NCBI GenBank assembly: GCA_951406725.2
Contig: OX597822.1
Location: forward strand, 9,300,001-9,364,000
Source: Octopus vulgaris
Lineage: Eukaryota
DNA length: 64,000 nucleotides
Direction of reading: 5' to 3'
This document shows positions 41,447 to 56,922 of the stretch, piece after piece. Position 1 is the stretch's first letter; the number at the start of each line of letters is the position of its first letter. A model generated the notes under the pieces. That model was not told the DNA's origin, made no database searches, and was given only the letters and a program-made list of their open reading frames with translations. The translations under genes were made by a program, and so were the position numbers.

Positions 41447-42809
41447 GGATTGGACAACATAATGAAGATACCTATCATCATAACTTTGAAGTATCTATAA
41501 AACCGTCAAAAGCTTGTTTATTTTTATGTTGTTTTTTTAATTATTAGTGTTGCTTAATATGTTTTGCTAAAATTACTGTTTCTTTTCAGATATCATCAGA
41601 AAAAGGTAATTAAAATTCATTAAAGTGACAGATCTATCGGACTTCCAAAGAAATCAAATAGTTGGTATTCATGTGGCAGGCGCTAGCGTAACGAAAACAG
41701 CCGAAATGTTTGGTATATCAAGAAATACTGTCTCGAAAGTAATGACAGCTTTTGGTAAAGAGGGAAAAAGCCTCCTTGTCAAAATTAAATTCCGGAAGAA
41801 AACCAAAACTTTCAGATAGGGATCGTCAGATTCTTATATGAATCGTTAGAAAGAATCACAAAAGTACAGCTCCCAAAATTACTGCAGAGCTTAATGACCA
41901 CCTCGAGAATCCGGTTTCCACAAAGCCTGTTCACCGGAAGCTGCACAAAGCCAGATTTCACGGCGAGCTGCAAACAGAAAACCACTACTTTCAAAACAAA
42001 CGTTGCAAAGCGATAAGACTGGAGTAAAAACCTACAGAACTAGTCCATAGACCAGTGGAAGAATGTTATTTTCTCGGACGAGTCATCCTTTACCTTATTC
42101 CGACCACCGGCCAAATATACGTGTGGAGACAGCCAAAATGGCATTTGACCCAGACTCTCTTAAACATGGAGGAGGATCTGTGATGATCTGGTGATGGGGC
42201 ATATCTTAGAAATCCGCCGGCCCAATGGTTTCCATTCGTAGCAGTATTAATAGTTCTTCCAACCACCCGTTGGAAGAACTGTTTTTGACAAATACAAACT
42301 AAGTATTTTTGATGTGGAATATATTCATACATGCAAGCATAAGTAACCTAATCTAGTCCAACAGAATTAAAATATTTGATCATTTTATCTGATCAAATTC
42401 ATCCTATCGTTACGGAACTGTTTCCGGGGGGAAACGCGCAATCTTTCAGCATGATAATGCAGCAAATCACACAGCTAAAGTTGTTACTGAATGGCACGAG
42501 GAACATTCTAGTGAAGTTGAACATCTTATCTGGCCACCAAAGACACCAGATCTCAATATTATTGAACATTTATGGTCCATTTTAGAAAAACAAGTAAGAA
42601 GTCGATATCCTCCACCATCATCCCTACAAGAACTGGAGACTGTTTTAGCTGAAGAATGGACAAAAATTCCTTTGGAAACAATTCAAATATTGTACGAGTC
42701 CATACCTAGTAGAATTCAAGCTGTAATTACTGTCAAAGGTTTCCTACCCCATATAAAAATATATTTTTTTGAAATTTTAAGGTGTTTCCATCATTTTGTT
42801 CAACCCCTG
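41444..42809 (+). mobile_element. Tc1-like transposon, imperfect TIRs, TA TSD, decayed transposase
   Basis: Ends cagggattggacaacataatgaagatacct / aggtgtttccatcattttgttcaacccctg; motifs DLSDFQRNQIVG, WKNVIFSDES, KHGGGSVMIW, FQHDNAANH, WPPKTPDLNIIEHLW. Confidence 0.92.
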
Positions 42810-42851
42810 TATATCTATACATATAAATATATATATATATATGTGTGTGTG

Positions 42852-42978
<127 letters not shown>

Positions 42979-43788
42979 TCCTTGGTTTGCTTAATAGATG
43001 TTGTTTGCTGGAATAAATGAGAGAAAAATACAAACACAATTACCAAAAAATGTTGAAATTTCCAAGCTGCATTCTAATAACAAAAGTCTACACAGACTTT
43101 GTCCTTTTATCTAGGCACTGGCATACAATTTTCTGGTAAAATATAAATCATATAAAACAGTGTTTTTAGTGTCAAGCCATAATTACAAAGGTGAGATTCT
43201 AACCAGACCTACATTTCTTTCTATTCGTCGGAATTCTAACTACATAATATCGTACGTGTGAAGGAGTATAAAATATTAGTTTATTTGACCTTAACACACA
43301 CACACAAACACATATACACGTAAGGTGTGTGTGTGTGTTTAGTTTCTACGTTTTTCTCTCTTTACTTTGGAATCACCATAGTTACTGGAGTGTATTAAAT
43401 GGCACTGCTCGTAAATAAACAAATCAATAATAGACAATAAACACGAATATTTAGTTGACAAACAACTCTTTCTATGTGCACTACCTGTAAGTATGTGTGT
43501 ACGTGTGTTCACGTATATAAGGGTGTGTTTATATATACACAAAAGTATCTTACATACAGTTTGACATACCAATATACAACCTAAATGTATTTGCATACAT
43601 ATAAGTGTATATACATGCATACTTATATATATACATATATATAGATACACACACATATATTTATATATATACATACATATATAATATACGTATATAAATA
43701 TATATATATACACATTTATATAATATACATATATACATATATATATATAAGCATACATACATATATACATATATATGCATGCACACAC

Positions 43789-43843
<55 letters not shown>

Positions 43844-43875
43844 CACACTATCCACACATATATATGTATGTATGA

Positions 43876-43931
<56 letters not shown>

Positions 43932-44285
43932 GTGTGTGCGTGTGTATGTATGTATGTATATATATATAACTGCTACTTCTTTTTCTCCACATCACCTCTT
44001 TCTGAATATCTACTGAAAAAATCAAAATCTTAGCTTCAATTTAGTAAAGCAATATATATTAATTTAATTATATTAACTACTTATTTCTGCTCACTCAATC
44101 AAACAGACCATAAAGATGTTTTATAAAGTCACACTTTCATTCCAGCCTTTAGCTACCACCACACCACTCCTTCACCCAAGAAAAACTAAAGTAAAATTAT
44201 AAAGTAAGCTTCGAAACCCAAAATTTTCCTACAATCTGACGACGCCAATGAACAATGAGTTTTCGAATTCACTGTCACTGACACA

Positions 44286-44368
<83 letters not shown>

Positions 44369-44409
44369 CTCTCTCTATCTATCTATCTATATATATATAT
44401 ATATATATA

Positions 44410-44588
44410 GCGATTTTTTCTCCTCTGTCTTCCCTTCTCGGGATCTTTCCTTCTCCTATGTTTCCGACGAAGAGCTCCGCTCGAAACGTTAAACCCTCCT
44501 TCTTCCCTTCTTTCCTGAGCGTCCAATAATACTATATTTTTTCCACGTCCTGGCGTTGTTGTTTTTTTGTGTTTTCTTGTTTAGATTA

Positions 44589-44591
<3 letters not shown>
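44410..44591 (+). mobile_element. About 190-bp HHR-bearing repeat, copy 2, flanked by (TA)n
   Basis: Same GUUU-CCGACGA-A-GAGC-UCC-GCUC-GAAAC-GUU-AAAC motif at 44460-44494. Confidence 0.75.
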
Positions 44592-44644
<53 letters not shown>

Positions 44645-44699
44645 TATATTTGTCTCTTTCTCTCTCTTTGTATATATATTTATATATATATAAAGGGTA

Positions 44700-45010
44700 A
44701 AGCCACCCCACCCCCCATGAATGACCATGGGATTGCACCTGGAAAGTTCCACTCCGAGGCACAAGTCTGGGTAAGGTATTTTGTGGAAGACAAGCAGTCG
44801 GCCATGCACACAAGCCTCTTCTATCCACATCACTGATGTTATCCAAGGGAAAGGCAAGGGGCCGATACAGCTTGGCACCTGTGACGTCGCAACTCATTTC
44901 TACAGCTGAGTGGCCTGGAGCAACGTGAAATAAAGTGTCTTGCTCAAGAACACAACACACTACCTGGTCTGGGAATCGAATTCACTACCGCATGATTATG
45001 CGCCTTCACA
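44700..45010 (-). mobile_element. SINE with family C head and a different 3' part
   Basis: Shares ggagcaacgtgaaataaagtgtcttgctcaag with 23900-23940, but the downstream body differs. Confidence 0.7.
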
Positions 45011-45439
45011 TATATGTGACTGTGTGTGTTTGTGCGTGTGTGTGAGTGTGTGAGTGTGTGTGTGTGCGTATGTGTGTGTGGGGGGTGTCTCTGTGTGTGT
45101 GTGTGTTCGTATGTGTGTGTGTATGTGTGTTTGGTTTGGTTCGGTTCCGCGCTGCTTCAAGTTTCGTCGTCCTATATATTATCGAGCACACATACTAAAA
45201 GCATCGGCCTAAATTGTTTGCCGGTAGGCTGCGAAGTGACACGGTGGAGATGACTCTCTCAAAGCACTGAATGTTAAAACAACTGAAAGTTATGGGCAAA
45301 CAGTCTCACCCCAATGTCTCACCCCAAATCACATCCAGGAACGGTGGACATCGATGTTTCGCCGTTTTCAGGGTTTATCAACATCACTTGCCTGAACCGA
45401 ATCGGAGGAGAACTGAATAGCTTGACCATGATTATATGC

Positions 45440-45830
45440 AGATGGCTATTGCACCATCTTGCATGTTTTCTGGTATCTTTCAGAAGCAGAAAAAAAATGG
45501 TACCAAGCTACACTTATGGAGATCTTTCGCTCTCAGTCATCTGAATTACTGCTCCTAGTTTTGATCACCGAAGAGCGTCAAGCTGGTTGCGGAACTCGAG
45601 GCATTCCAGAGCCACTACACAAAGAAGATTAGGTTGGTGCAACGGATTAACTACTGGGAGATGTTAAAGGAACTGAATTTGTATTTCCTAAAGAGTAAAC
45701 GTGAAAGATATGCGATTACATACATATGGTTTATTCTAGAAAGTCTTGTTCCTAACTTTGAAAATGACAGCTATACCAACCAGGCACTACACAGTACCAA
45801 AGCTCCCGTCTTCTCCATCTAGAATTAGGT
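45440..45830 (+). mobile_element. CR1-group LINE C-terminal relic
   Basis: LWRSFALSHLNYCS...ELEAFQSHYTKKI...NYWEMLKELNLYFLKSKRERYAITYIW. Confidence 0.75.
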
Positions 45831-45871
45831 TAGAAACTCACTTGTGTTCCTCTTCTGATATGAATAAATAA

Positions 45872-45914
<43 letters not shown>

Positions 45915-46853
45915 TATATTCGCTATGTACGTTCGTATATATATGTGTATGTGTATATGTGTGTTTGTATATGTGTACATGTGGTTTCAGAGAACATCAT
46001 GTATAAATATCTAATGCTTAAACGCACATAATTATCAGTAGCAGAGGGAAATTGTCTAGCATTGGTGATAGAACTGCTAGATCACCTTATTTCGGCGCGT
46101 TTATGCTTCATCAGCAGCAGGTATCCACTATCCCTGTTGGTGGTTAAACCTCGCTTCCACTGATATTTAGAAAAACAACGAATGTTCAAGCACAGATATC
46201 GCAAATAACTTTTAAGCGCAAAACTTCTATACGATATGCCTTCTCAAAATGAGTACCGCTATATTAGGGTATCTTTAAACTACATCCACGTTAAGCAGGA
46301 TATAAAGATTGCTATTCAGTACTAATACTACTTCTGTCACTAATATATCATATATGTTTGTGCGTATTTGGGTATGTGTGTATATATATACACATATATA
46401 TATACACACGCTCTTCTAGAGAAAGGGCCACAGAAAAAAACAAGGAGAGAAACAAGGAGAGAAAAAATGTATGTAGTAGCTAACGATCTATCATATATAT
46501 ATATATATATATAATTGTAGGTGTGTGTTAGCAGCAGTATGTCCGATTACAATCATTTCCACAAAGTTCACAATACAGGGAATGTAGTGTTGGAATATAA
46601 ATTAAATGGATTGCTCTTAGTGGGAAATTGTTTGTATACTTTCTTTTTAAATATTTAGATGTTAGATTATTCATAATTGTTAAAATATATATTAAACAAG
46701 TGGAAAAATGAAAAAAATGCGAGAGCAGTTGATACCAAAGTATTTACAATATAAAAACAAAAAAGGGACATATATATACGACCAGGTATTTACCAAATGA
46801 CTTATAGTTAAACAAGAAAGTACTAATAAAATATGCGAGTGTGTAGGGTAAAA

Positions 46854-47246
46854 TCTTTATATATAAAAGTGAGGTTGTGTGCTGTCTGTCTCTTACGATT
46901 TAGATTCCTAACTACTCCCACATTTTGTGGTGCAGTTTAATCAAAACCGGGTATCTTATAGTCGTGATTCATATCGAGCCCTTCTGGGTATTAGCGCGCG
47001 TCTACGATGAGTCTACGATTTAAAAAAAAAATTACCATCATTTTTTCCCATTTTTAATGATTTTTTTTGCTATTATATAAGGGAAGTAACTCTCTAAAAT
47101 GTATTATTAAATCTCAGAACGTAAAAAGGTACAGTAACACCCCTTGTGGTTAGCCATATTGAGATGGCTATTATACTTTACATCTCTAAAATGCTTATAT
47201 AGTTATTTCCCTTGCAAACCCGAGCAACGCCGGGCGATACTGCTAG
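46854..47246 (+). mobile_element. Non-autonomous Helitron
   Basis: Starts with TC (tctttatatataaaa), ends with the cccgagcaacgccggg hairpin then CTAG, inserted between A and T with no TSD. Confidence 0.88.
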
Positions 47247-48468
47247 TTTGTAGATAAAGAAGAATATTGGTTTAAAATTTTGGCACAAAGCCAGAAAGTT
47301 CGGGGAACTTGTCTTATCAACTGGTATTTATTTTATCGATCCTAAAAGGATAAAAAGCAAAAATCAACCTCAGCGAAATTTTAACACGGAACGTAAATGT
47401 AGATGAAATGTCACTAAGCCTTTTTCCCAGCGTGCGAACGATTCTGCCAGCTTGCTACCTTAAAACGAGGAGAAGGTTAACAGATGATCCTTTTGAAAAG
47501 GTCATCAAACAGGGGCAATAACTAGGATGGTTGCTGAAATCAAAAAATATGCCCGCAAAACAGATTTATTATCAGACTATTAACGATAGTGTGTATCGTA
47601 TAATTGGAAGCGAGTGTGGTATTGGTTAGGCGCAGGATAGTGGTACAGTGTGTTTAAATGTTGTGAGATAAGTGAATAAAGGGAACGTGTTATTTAGAAT
47701 TGATATGTAAAGAGAAACGAAAATCAAACCAAATTTAATTAAATTTTGAAAAATACATTTACAGACCGTGTAGGTAAGCTGGAGAGATAAAGATATATAA
47801 ATAAAGGGAAAGTCGTGTACGATGCAGTAAAGAAGGAATAGAATAAAAAAAAAGAAGATTGAATTGATTATAGAGTTACGTTATACATAGGCAATACTTA
47901 ATGCGTATTGTGTTCTAAGAAGTGGGGAAGCGAGAGGTAAATGAGGCGGTAATTGATATTAAATAGGAGAGAGGGAGAGAGAGGGAGAGAGAGAGAGCTT
48001 CAAGCAATATCTGTGGAATAAAATGGAAGAATAAATTATATTAAATTAATTGAAATGGATTAGCTAGATGTGTGAAAACCATGTACGAAGGTTTAAATCG
48101 ATGAAGTAGGCGAGCCTATAACGTGAGTATGGTCGGAGAAGTAGCTGGAAGGAACAAATCTATAGAATCGAGATAAAAGATGGAATGGGCTAAGTATGTG
48201 ATAGATCTCGTTAAGAATTTAAATTGAAGAAGTAAGTTGGCGTAAAGATATTTCTAATATGCCAAGAAGAGGTAAAGTAAAACTGCGTTAAAGGTGTGAA
48301 GTAAGAGATAGAGATGAAAAATGCATGGGATATACTGTTTAAAATGAGGAAAGTGATAAGGAAAGATAACAAGAGAAAAGTCTTCTTTAATCTAGGGCCA
48401 TGGTAACTTGTTAGTGTAATTGGAAGAGAGATTGCAGGATGTGCCACAGGAAAAAATAATACGTACAT

Positions 48469-51374
48469 TTATATAAGAATGTTTTGCGTAATGAGATAAA
48501 AAACTATTTTGTAATAGTTTTCTAGGTGTATAAAGCTTCTAGCACCTTCTATACGTTGTATATATAACCTTTCTACGTCAGATTTTGGGTGATGCATCTT
48601 AAATCCTGTCATTATTTTTCTTGTTTTCCTGTCTATTTTGATTAGTTTATTTAGTGTCCAGTTAAGGACATTGTAACTTATAACTGGGATGGCTAGAGTG
48701 TTGATACCTGTTATCTTGTTTTTCGCACTGAGCTCTCTTTTCGGTATTGATCTAACTCGTCTATAGTATTCTTGCTTTAGTTTCTCTTTCATTTGTGTGT
48801 GTGTTGTATCGTATCTAGTTCATTGATTCCTAAATATTTGTATGTTTGGCTTTGGTCTAATTCTCTTATTTCATTTGCTTTATCGAGTGTGATGTTGCTA
48901 CTCTTAACTAGTTTTCCTTTTTGCAAGGTTTCTTTGGCTCATTTTTCAACCCAAATTTCATATCTATCTCTTTGATTAATCCATGTATTGTCTGTAGTAA
49001 CGTTTTCAGCTGTTTATCATTTGTAGCGTACAGTTTTAGGTCATCCATATATGAGAGGTGGCTGATTGTTTTGCCGTGACAGTTGTATCCGCATCCAGTT
49101 CTGTTTAGCATGTCAGTTAAAGGTGTCAGTGCCAAGCAAAACAGGAGTGGAGATAGCGTATCTCCCTGGAATACTCCTCTTCTAATGGGGTTGGCTTTGG
49201 ATTTTATGAGCCCCTCTTTTGCCTGGAGCTGTAGCACTGTCTGCCATTTATTTATGGAATGTGTTATATATATTTTAGGACTACTGGAGCTACCTTGTTC
49301 ATGGCTAGTGTTTCTAGGATCCATGTGTGGGGAACAGTATCAAAAGCATTTCGGTAATCGATCCATGTCATACTTTGACCCTTCTGTCTGCGGCTGTCTT
49401 CAGTTATGGCTTTACTGATCACAGCCGTATGAGCCTTTGCAGTATCCCTTCTGCTCTTCTGGAAACAGGTTGTTTTCTTCCAGATGCTTGCTCATTCTCT
49501 GCGATATTATTGCAGTAAAGGCTTTGTAAATTGTAGAGGGACAAGTTATTGGTCTGTCATTTTGTGGATTTGCCGTTTCAGTGGATTTGGGAATTAGGAT
49601 AGTTTTCCCATCCATGAGCCATTCAGGCATTGTCTCTGACTCTGCTAGGATGCTATTAGATTTCTCAGCCAGCTTTTTATGTGTTCCTGTTGGGTATTTT
49701 AATCAGAAGTTGGGGATCTTATCGTGCCCGAGTGCCTTCCCCTTGCTTAGCTTTTGCAGTGCCTGGGTGACCTCTTCAGTTGTTATAGGGGTCCAGAGTT
49801 GTTCAGGTGCTGTATTCGTTGTTTTGATATACCTTTTTTGAGGTTGTTCCTTCGCCGACTATATTCCTTTCCAAAATTGTTCCACTTTTTCTGTTGATGC
49901 TGCATTGATCTCTATTTTATTTTTGTCAAGTTATTGGTAAAATCTTTTGTCGTTGGAGCTGAAATGTTCGTTTTGTTCAAAAAAACGTTGGCGTTTCTCA
50001 TACCAGCGGTTTCTTTGTGCTTTGATGACGATATCTTGCTTTAGCTGTTCTTTTACCTCAAAGTACCTTTTTTCTGTAATTTTGTATCTACACAGTATTT
50101 TGTCCTCTTCTTGTTGCTTAGTAGTGTTGATCGTCTACTAGTTTTGTTAAGGATTAGCAGATCCTTTCTCTTGTTTTGTATTTTTTCTGGATATTATCTA
50201 TCCACAGGGTTTGTTTGAATGGTGGTACTCCTGTTTGGATTGATTTGAGGGAGTATCCAGCCTCTTTTCTGACCACAGAGGCTGCAGCTTATATTATATT
50301 ATTTAGCCTGATCATATTGACATTTGATTCTGTGGCGGCCAGGTTCATGCTATTTATTATTGATGTTGTTTTAGTATCAATTTAAATTTTTTTTTGAGGG
50401 GGTGTGCAATCGGTGGCCCATACTGAGATCTGTGACTTTCAGTTCTTTGATTATGCTCACTTTTAGAGTATCATAATAATTAGCTTCCCCTACACTGTTT
50501 CCAGGTTTTATATTTGTTTCGTATTCTCTTCCGTTCATATTTTTATCTGTGGTGCTCTGCTTTGGTGCATTTTGCCCACCATTATACATTCCGACGGTCT
50601 GGGCTTGTTGCCTTTCGTTGTTTATTTCGTTTTTATTGGACATGTTACGTCTGTCTTCGTGTTTTACAGTCCCAGTACTTATGGTATTATTTGGCATTGC
50701 TGTGTGGCTACTACCCACATTTTCTTGATGTATCTTTCCTTTTAAGTGGTCTATTTCTTTTTCTGATATTTGTTTTGTTTTGAGAATATATATCTGTATG
50801 TTAGCTAGTTTATTACGGTTCATTGCTGTATCCAAGTCTTTATCTAGGTTATTTTTCTTCCAGAATTTATAAGCATATGTTGTGTGGAGTTTTCGTCCTT
50901 GGGGTAGGGCACTGCTGTAAAATAAGCGCGTAGGATTAAAATATATTCCTCACGTGTCCATTTATGATTTTTATTTGCGGAACATGAGGAATAATGTCCG
51001 GCGCTTTGTTTTGACGGTCATCATTCTCGTTGGGTACCGGTCTGTTCATGGTTTTGCACGCATAGTTTTTCGTGCTTTGTGTGTAACAAATTTAAAGTAC
51101 GTACTTCCCGAGGTATTTGGGAATGGTCTGGTGTTGATTGGATTGCAATGTGGTGAGCGTGTTTACGTGTGCTGTGCGAGCAATGGAGATGATATCCAGT
51201 TAAAATACATCGTTTCATTTGGGAAATAGAAATAAATTTCAATGAGTATTACTTACTCTGATATAGTCCAACACTTTGTCAGTTACTTTTGGCTCCGTTG
51301 ATGTCTTTTTTCCTATATTTTTGGATAGATTTCGGAGCAGTGTTTTATCGTTCTCACATGTTAAACGTCCCCGG

Positions 51375-51375
<1 letters not shown>
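48469..51375 (-). mobile_element. R4/Dong-like LINE, 5' portion and RT, 3'-truncated
   Basis: MPEWLMDGKTILIPK, RPITCPSTIYK, FPEEQKG, GVFQGDTLSPLLFCLAL, SYMDDLKLYA, YKYLGI, HHPKSDVERLY. The 5' end abuts (AAG)n/(TAA)n. Confidence 0.9.
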
Positions 51376-51626
<251 letters not shown>

Positions 51627-52342
51627 TATTTCTGAACGTCACGGGCTATATCAGAAAAGTAAGATAAATTTTAACTAGTTGAAATCCAGTTTTAAAAACC
51701 TGTTGTCTTAAATTTTAATCAGGGAGAAGTACATCTAGCTATTCTCCGTTCACACAGCAGATAAAAGATTTTCCTGGCAGGAGTCACGATTCAATGAGCA
51801 GCCACCAGAAAAAAAAATATCCTTATCTTTCTAGTGAAAGAACTTTATAGATATTGAAATCAAACACAAATAAGAACTTAACTAAATACTTTAGACTCAA
51901 ATGTTAAGACAGTTTCCTGTATATTTCTCTTTGCGAAGAAAATAAATATTTAAAAACTGTAGTTTAATTACTTCAAATATGTCTTAAGTTTCTAACAACT
52001 GAGGTTATGTGTACAAGAATGTAGAGTATTTAATCAATTTGCAACTTCATTTGCCCATTATAACAACGTTCTGGTTCGTATCTGTAACAACGATTGCATT
52101 AAAGTTTTGATCGTAGAAAGATGGGAATCGGGTATTTTTCTTCGTCCTCTAGGATCCTTCAAATATACGTGTATGCATTTTGCTTGTTCCCCGGTTCGCC
52201 GCGCGTGGGGCTTTATGAGCACTGGGTGCTAAAACACCTAAAACTCATAGTGGGGCGAAATAACACGCCCCAAATCCCATTCCGCATTGATGGATGTTGA
52301 TATTTCACCATTTTTGTGGTTTATCAAAAAACCGCACCTGAA

Positions 52343-52391
<49 letters not shown>

Positions 52392-52480
52392 CAAAATAAG
52401 CAAGGTATTGTAGTAGAATCGTCTCATGCTACTTCATTTAATTAAACGATGTAGGTATTATATCAGTTTTAAAATATATG

Positions 52481-52515
<35 letters not shown>

Positions 52516-52594
52516 ATATGTATATATATATATGTATATATATATGTATATATATATATATGTATGTATGTATGTATATATATATATGTATATA

Positions 52595-52661
<67 letters not shown>

Positions 52662-52686
52662 GTATGTATATATATATATGTATATA

Positions 52687-52749
<63 letters not shown>

Positions 52750-52786
52750 TAGATAGATAGACACAGATATAGATATATATATGTAA

Positions 52787-52822
<36 letters not shown>

Positions 52823-53459
52823 TAGATAGATAGACACAGATATAGATATATATATGTAAGTATGTATATATATATATATATACATATATATACATATAAC
52901 TTAGTAGCGGTGGTGTCCCAGCATGGCCGCAGCCTTCGGGCTGAAACATTTTTAAGGATTTATATATGCATATACATATATATGCATGTACACATATACA
53001 CATACATGTATGTATGTGTATATATGCTTGTTTGCTTGTATATATGTATGTATGTAGGTATATATGTATGTATGTACGCATGTATGTATGTATGTATGTG
53101 AATGTGTGTATGCATAGAGGGTGGGTGCTTGAACGCGTGTATGCCTTGATAGATTTATGACTCTACTAGATAACAATCTAAACATCTGAACAACATATCT
53201 AGTTTTTCCTATTTTTGAAAATTTCAATTAAATTACCTCTATCATAAAAGCCATCATACGGAAAATGAAACATCTTTAGGACATGTGTGTGTGTGTGTAT
53301 TATTGGGATTACCTTTTGCATATGTCTAATAGTGTTTCTGTGTCCATACTCTTATAATTCTCTATATTGATCCATTTGAATGTATTTCCAAATGACTATT
53401 TCCAAGTGTCTAATTGGTGTATCTATATTCATATGTGCATATGTTCATATCCACATATA

Positions 53460-53946
53460 ATTTAATTAGTTAATTTGGCTCAAAAGAAAATAGCAAGGCC
53501 ATGTAGGGGGACATGGAGTTAAGTACAGGGTGGTGTTCATGTAAAGAGTTCAGGCCACTTGAGGTCCAGGGAGGCTTTGAACAAAGCGGTCGTCGGCATC
53601 TTCACCATCTCGTCTGGCAGCTTGTTCCACGGATCCGCAACCCGGGCGGAGAAAGCTCCTCTCCTTCGATTAAGATGAAATCGTCGCAGGTAGAGCTTTT
53701 CGGAATGACCCGCAGCCGACGCTCTGGAGCAGCAGTGAAGAACAGCTCCTTCGAGAAGTTACACTTTCCGCTTATGATGTTGTGGGCGAGAATGAGATCA
53801 CCACGGCGGCGGCGTTTTTCAAGAGAATAAAGGTCGAGCGTCCTCAGCCTTTCTTCGTAGGACAAATTTTTGAGACCATGAACCATGCGGGTAGCCAGCT
53901 TCTGGACTCTTTCGAGATGCTGTATGTCTTTGAGGAGGTATGCGAC
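53460..53946 (-). mobile_element. CR1-group LINE 3' end, 5'-truncated
   Basis: DIQHLERVQKLATRMVHGLKNLSYEERLRTLDLYSLEKRRRRGDLI; after a frameshift FSARVADPWNKLP...FKASLD; short 3' UTR. Confidence 0.9.
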
Positions 53947-54919
53947 TATGTATAAGAGACGGTGCTGAAAAGTTTCTGGATTTAAGGGTGTCGCGAAAGG
54001 CATGGTTGGAGTCCTGACCTTCCGAGTTCTTTTTCTGAAGTACCCCTGCATTAAGTGCGCGAATCAGAGAGGGGAATATGCTGAATAAAATCATAATTAA
54101 CTGATCCTCCTTTATTTTCTTTTGCACAAATCCAGTGCTGGTGTGTCTACGTCCCAGTGACTTAGCGGTTCGACAAAATATACCGATAGAATAAGTACTA
54201 AGCTTAAAGAAATATATTCTGGGAGTCGACCTGCTCAACAAAAACCCTTCAATGCGGTGCTCCAGCATGACCACAGTCAAATGGCTGAAACAAGTAAAGG
54301 AATAAGAGAATGTTTATGTATACTTACTATCAAATATTGTTCTATTTTTGTTTGGTTTCGTGTCTAATTGGTTTAAAAAAGTTTTAGCTATGCTTTCACA
54401 AGAAGTCTTCTTCACTTCAAGGGTAAGTCTATTTAATCATGCTCGATATTTCAGATGCAGAGTGTCGCCTCGCTTACGGCCTGGCCTTGATTTAGGCCAT
54501 ACTTAACCCATTGCATCTTTTGGATCATCTTTATAAATCAACATCTTCCATGACATCTGCTTCTCCTACCACACTTACTTTGTAGCTCCACCTTCTACTC
54601 CATTCATTCAAATACTATAACATGATTTTCACACATTCAGCTAATCCGTTTCAATTAATTTCGTATAATTCATCCATCCATTTTATTCCAGTGTTACCAC
54701 TTACAGTTCTTTCCCCTATTTAATATCAATTACTGCCTTAGTTAACTGTCGCTTCCCCTCTTTTTAAAACACAATATACATTAACTTTAGTATTGCCTAT
54801 ATACATCCTAACTACTTAATGAGTTTAAGCATTAATTTTCTTTTCTAATCCAATTCTAGTTACACTTCCTCCTCATTTCAGTCTTCGAACTACATCTGCT
54901 ACATCTACTTATATTATTT

Positions 54920-55124
54920 ATTTACTCTTTACTCTTTTACTCTTTTACTTGTTTCAGTCATTTGACTGTGGCCATGCTGGAGCACCGCCTTAAGTCGAGC
55001 AACTCGACACCGGGACTTATTCTTTTGTAAGCCCAGTACTTATTCTATCGGTCTGTTTTGCCGAACCGCTAAGTAACGGGGACATAAACACACCAGCATC
55101 GGTTATCAAGCAATGCTAGGGGGA

Positions 55125-55163
<39 letters not shown>

Positions 55164-55228
55164 GTATATATATATATATATATATACGACGGGCTTCTTT
55201 CAGTTTCCGTCTACCAAATCCACTCACA
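54920..55228 (-). mobile_element. SINE family B, truncated next to a Helitron
   Basis: Reverse complement of the family B body up to ccaaatccactcaca. Confidence 0.88.
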
Positions 55229-55238
55229 TATATATATA

Positions 55239-55551
55239 TCTTTATATATAAAACTGAAGTTGTGTGTGTGAGAGTCTGTCTACTCCGATTTAGATTCCTA
55301 ACTACTCCCACATTTTGCGGTGCAGTTTAACCAAAAGCGGGTATCTTATAGTCGTGATTCATATCGAGCCCTTTCTGGGTATTAGCGCACGTCTACGATG
55401 AGTCTACGATTAAAAAAAAAAAATTACCATCATTTTTTCGTTTTTGTAAATGCATTTTTTACTCGGTTTTATATAAGGGAAGTAACTTTCTAAACATGCT
55501 TATATAGTTATTTCCCTTACAAACCCGAGCAACGCCGAGCGATACTGCTAG
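55239..55551 (+). mobile_element. Non-autonomous Helitron, shorter variant of 46854-47246
   Basis: 5' TC, shared body gatttagattcctaactactcccacattttg, 3' hairpin plus CTAG, inserted in (TA)n. Confidence 0.88.
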
Positions 55552-56756
55552 TATATATACATATATATATATATACAATATATATATACATACATACATA
55601 TCATTTGGATTGCTTCCTCACAGCTTCCGTTTACAAATTTCGCAATGCATTGGTCGAACCTGGGTCATAGGGTAGAAGATACTCGCGCCGAATGCCGCGA
55701 AGTGGGACTGAATTTGAAACCACCTGGTTAAAATGTGAGCCTCTTAACCATACAGCCATCCCTGCTAAAGTTGCCTAGCATACGTCTGATTGGTACTGAA
55801 CCTGTGATGTCGTGATTACGAAAAGAAGTTCTTAACGATTCAGCCACGCCTACGCCCACACATGCGCGCGCACACCTATTCACACACTAGTACGCGCATA
55901 TAAGCACATACACATGCAGCAAGCTGTGTATTCCGCTTCGAGGTAGACATTTTGTTTTAGCTTCTGAATTTTTAGAAACAACTTTTGCTTTTGTTGGTTA
56001 CTTATTTTTTTTTTTTTTTTCGGAAAGAGCAAAACAATGTTGAAATTTTTGTATTGATTTTTGTACTTATGTTTCTATCATTGTTTTCTTTCTTTTTCTT
56101 ATGGCTTTTAGTTGATGTTTATATATTTATTTATTTATTTATTTATTTATTTTTTGTTTTCAACGCGTAAGAAGACGTACCACGTAAAAGAAGCGTGTTT
56201 TAATTATACAAGATAATTAAATAGAGCTTTGTGAGTATGTTGCAAAAAGAAATGTTTTCACAGTAAAATAACAGATGAAGAAGAAGAAGAAGAAGAAGAA
56301 GAAGAAGAAGAAGAAGAAGAAGAAGAAGAAGAAGAAGAAGAAGAAGAAGAAGAAAAAGAAGAAGAAGAAGAAGAAGAAAAAAGAAGAAGTAGAGCAACAA
56401 CAACAACAACAACAACAAGATCAAGATCAACAACACAATAACAACTCTTATTTATATAAGAAAATACATGCATTTGGAAAAATAGTGAAGGAAGAAATGG
56501 AAGGAAAAATTAAACGATTGAAGAAGTTCAATAGCTGATGATATTTCGTGAAAAATACTGTGTCATCTTATGATGACTCCATTTTTCTTCTCCTGTATAC
56601 TTAATTTTAAAATTAAATGAAACACATGCCAAAACACTGTTACTATTATTAAAGTAGAGAGCTGGCTGAAATAAGTACCAGTTGAGCACCGAGGTTGATG
56701 TAATAGATTAGACCACGCCCTCCAAAATTGCTAGCCATGAGCTAGAATTTGAAACA

Positions 56757-56810
<54 letters not shown>

Positions 56811-56814
56811 ATAA

Positions 56815-56905
<91 letters not shown>

Positions 56906-56922
56906 TATCATTATTATTATTA

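Noticed and set aside
53946-53962. TGTATAAGAGAC similarity to the Tn5 mosaic end/Nextera adapter
   Set aside because: Only 12 bp match; the following sequence (gtgctgaaaagtt) looks more like a decayed mariner-type end.
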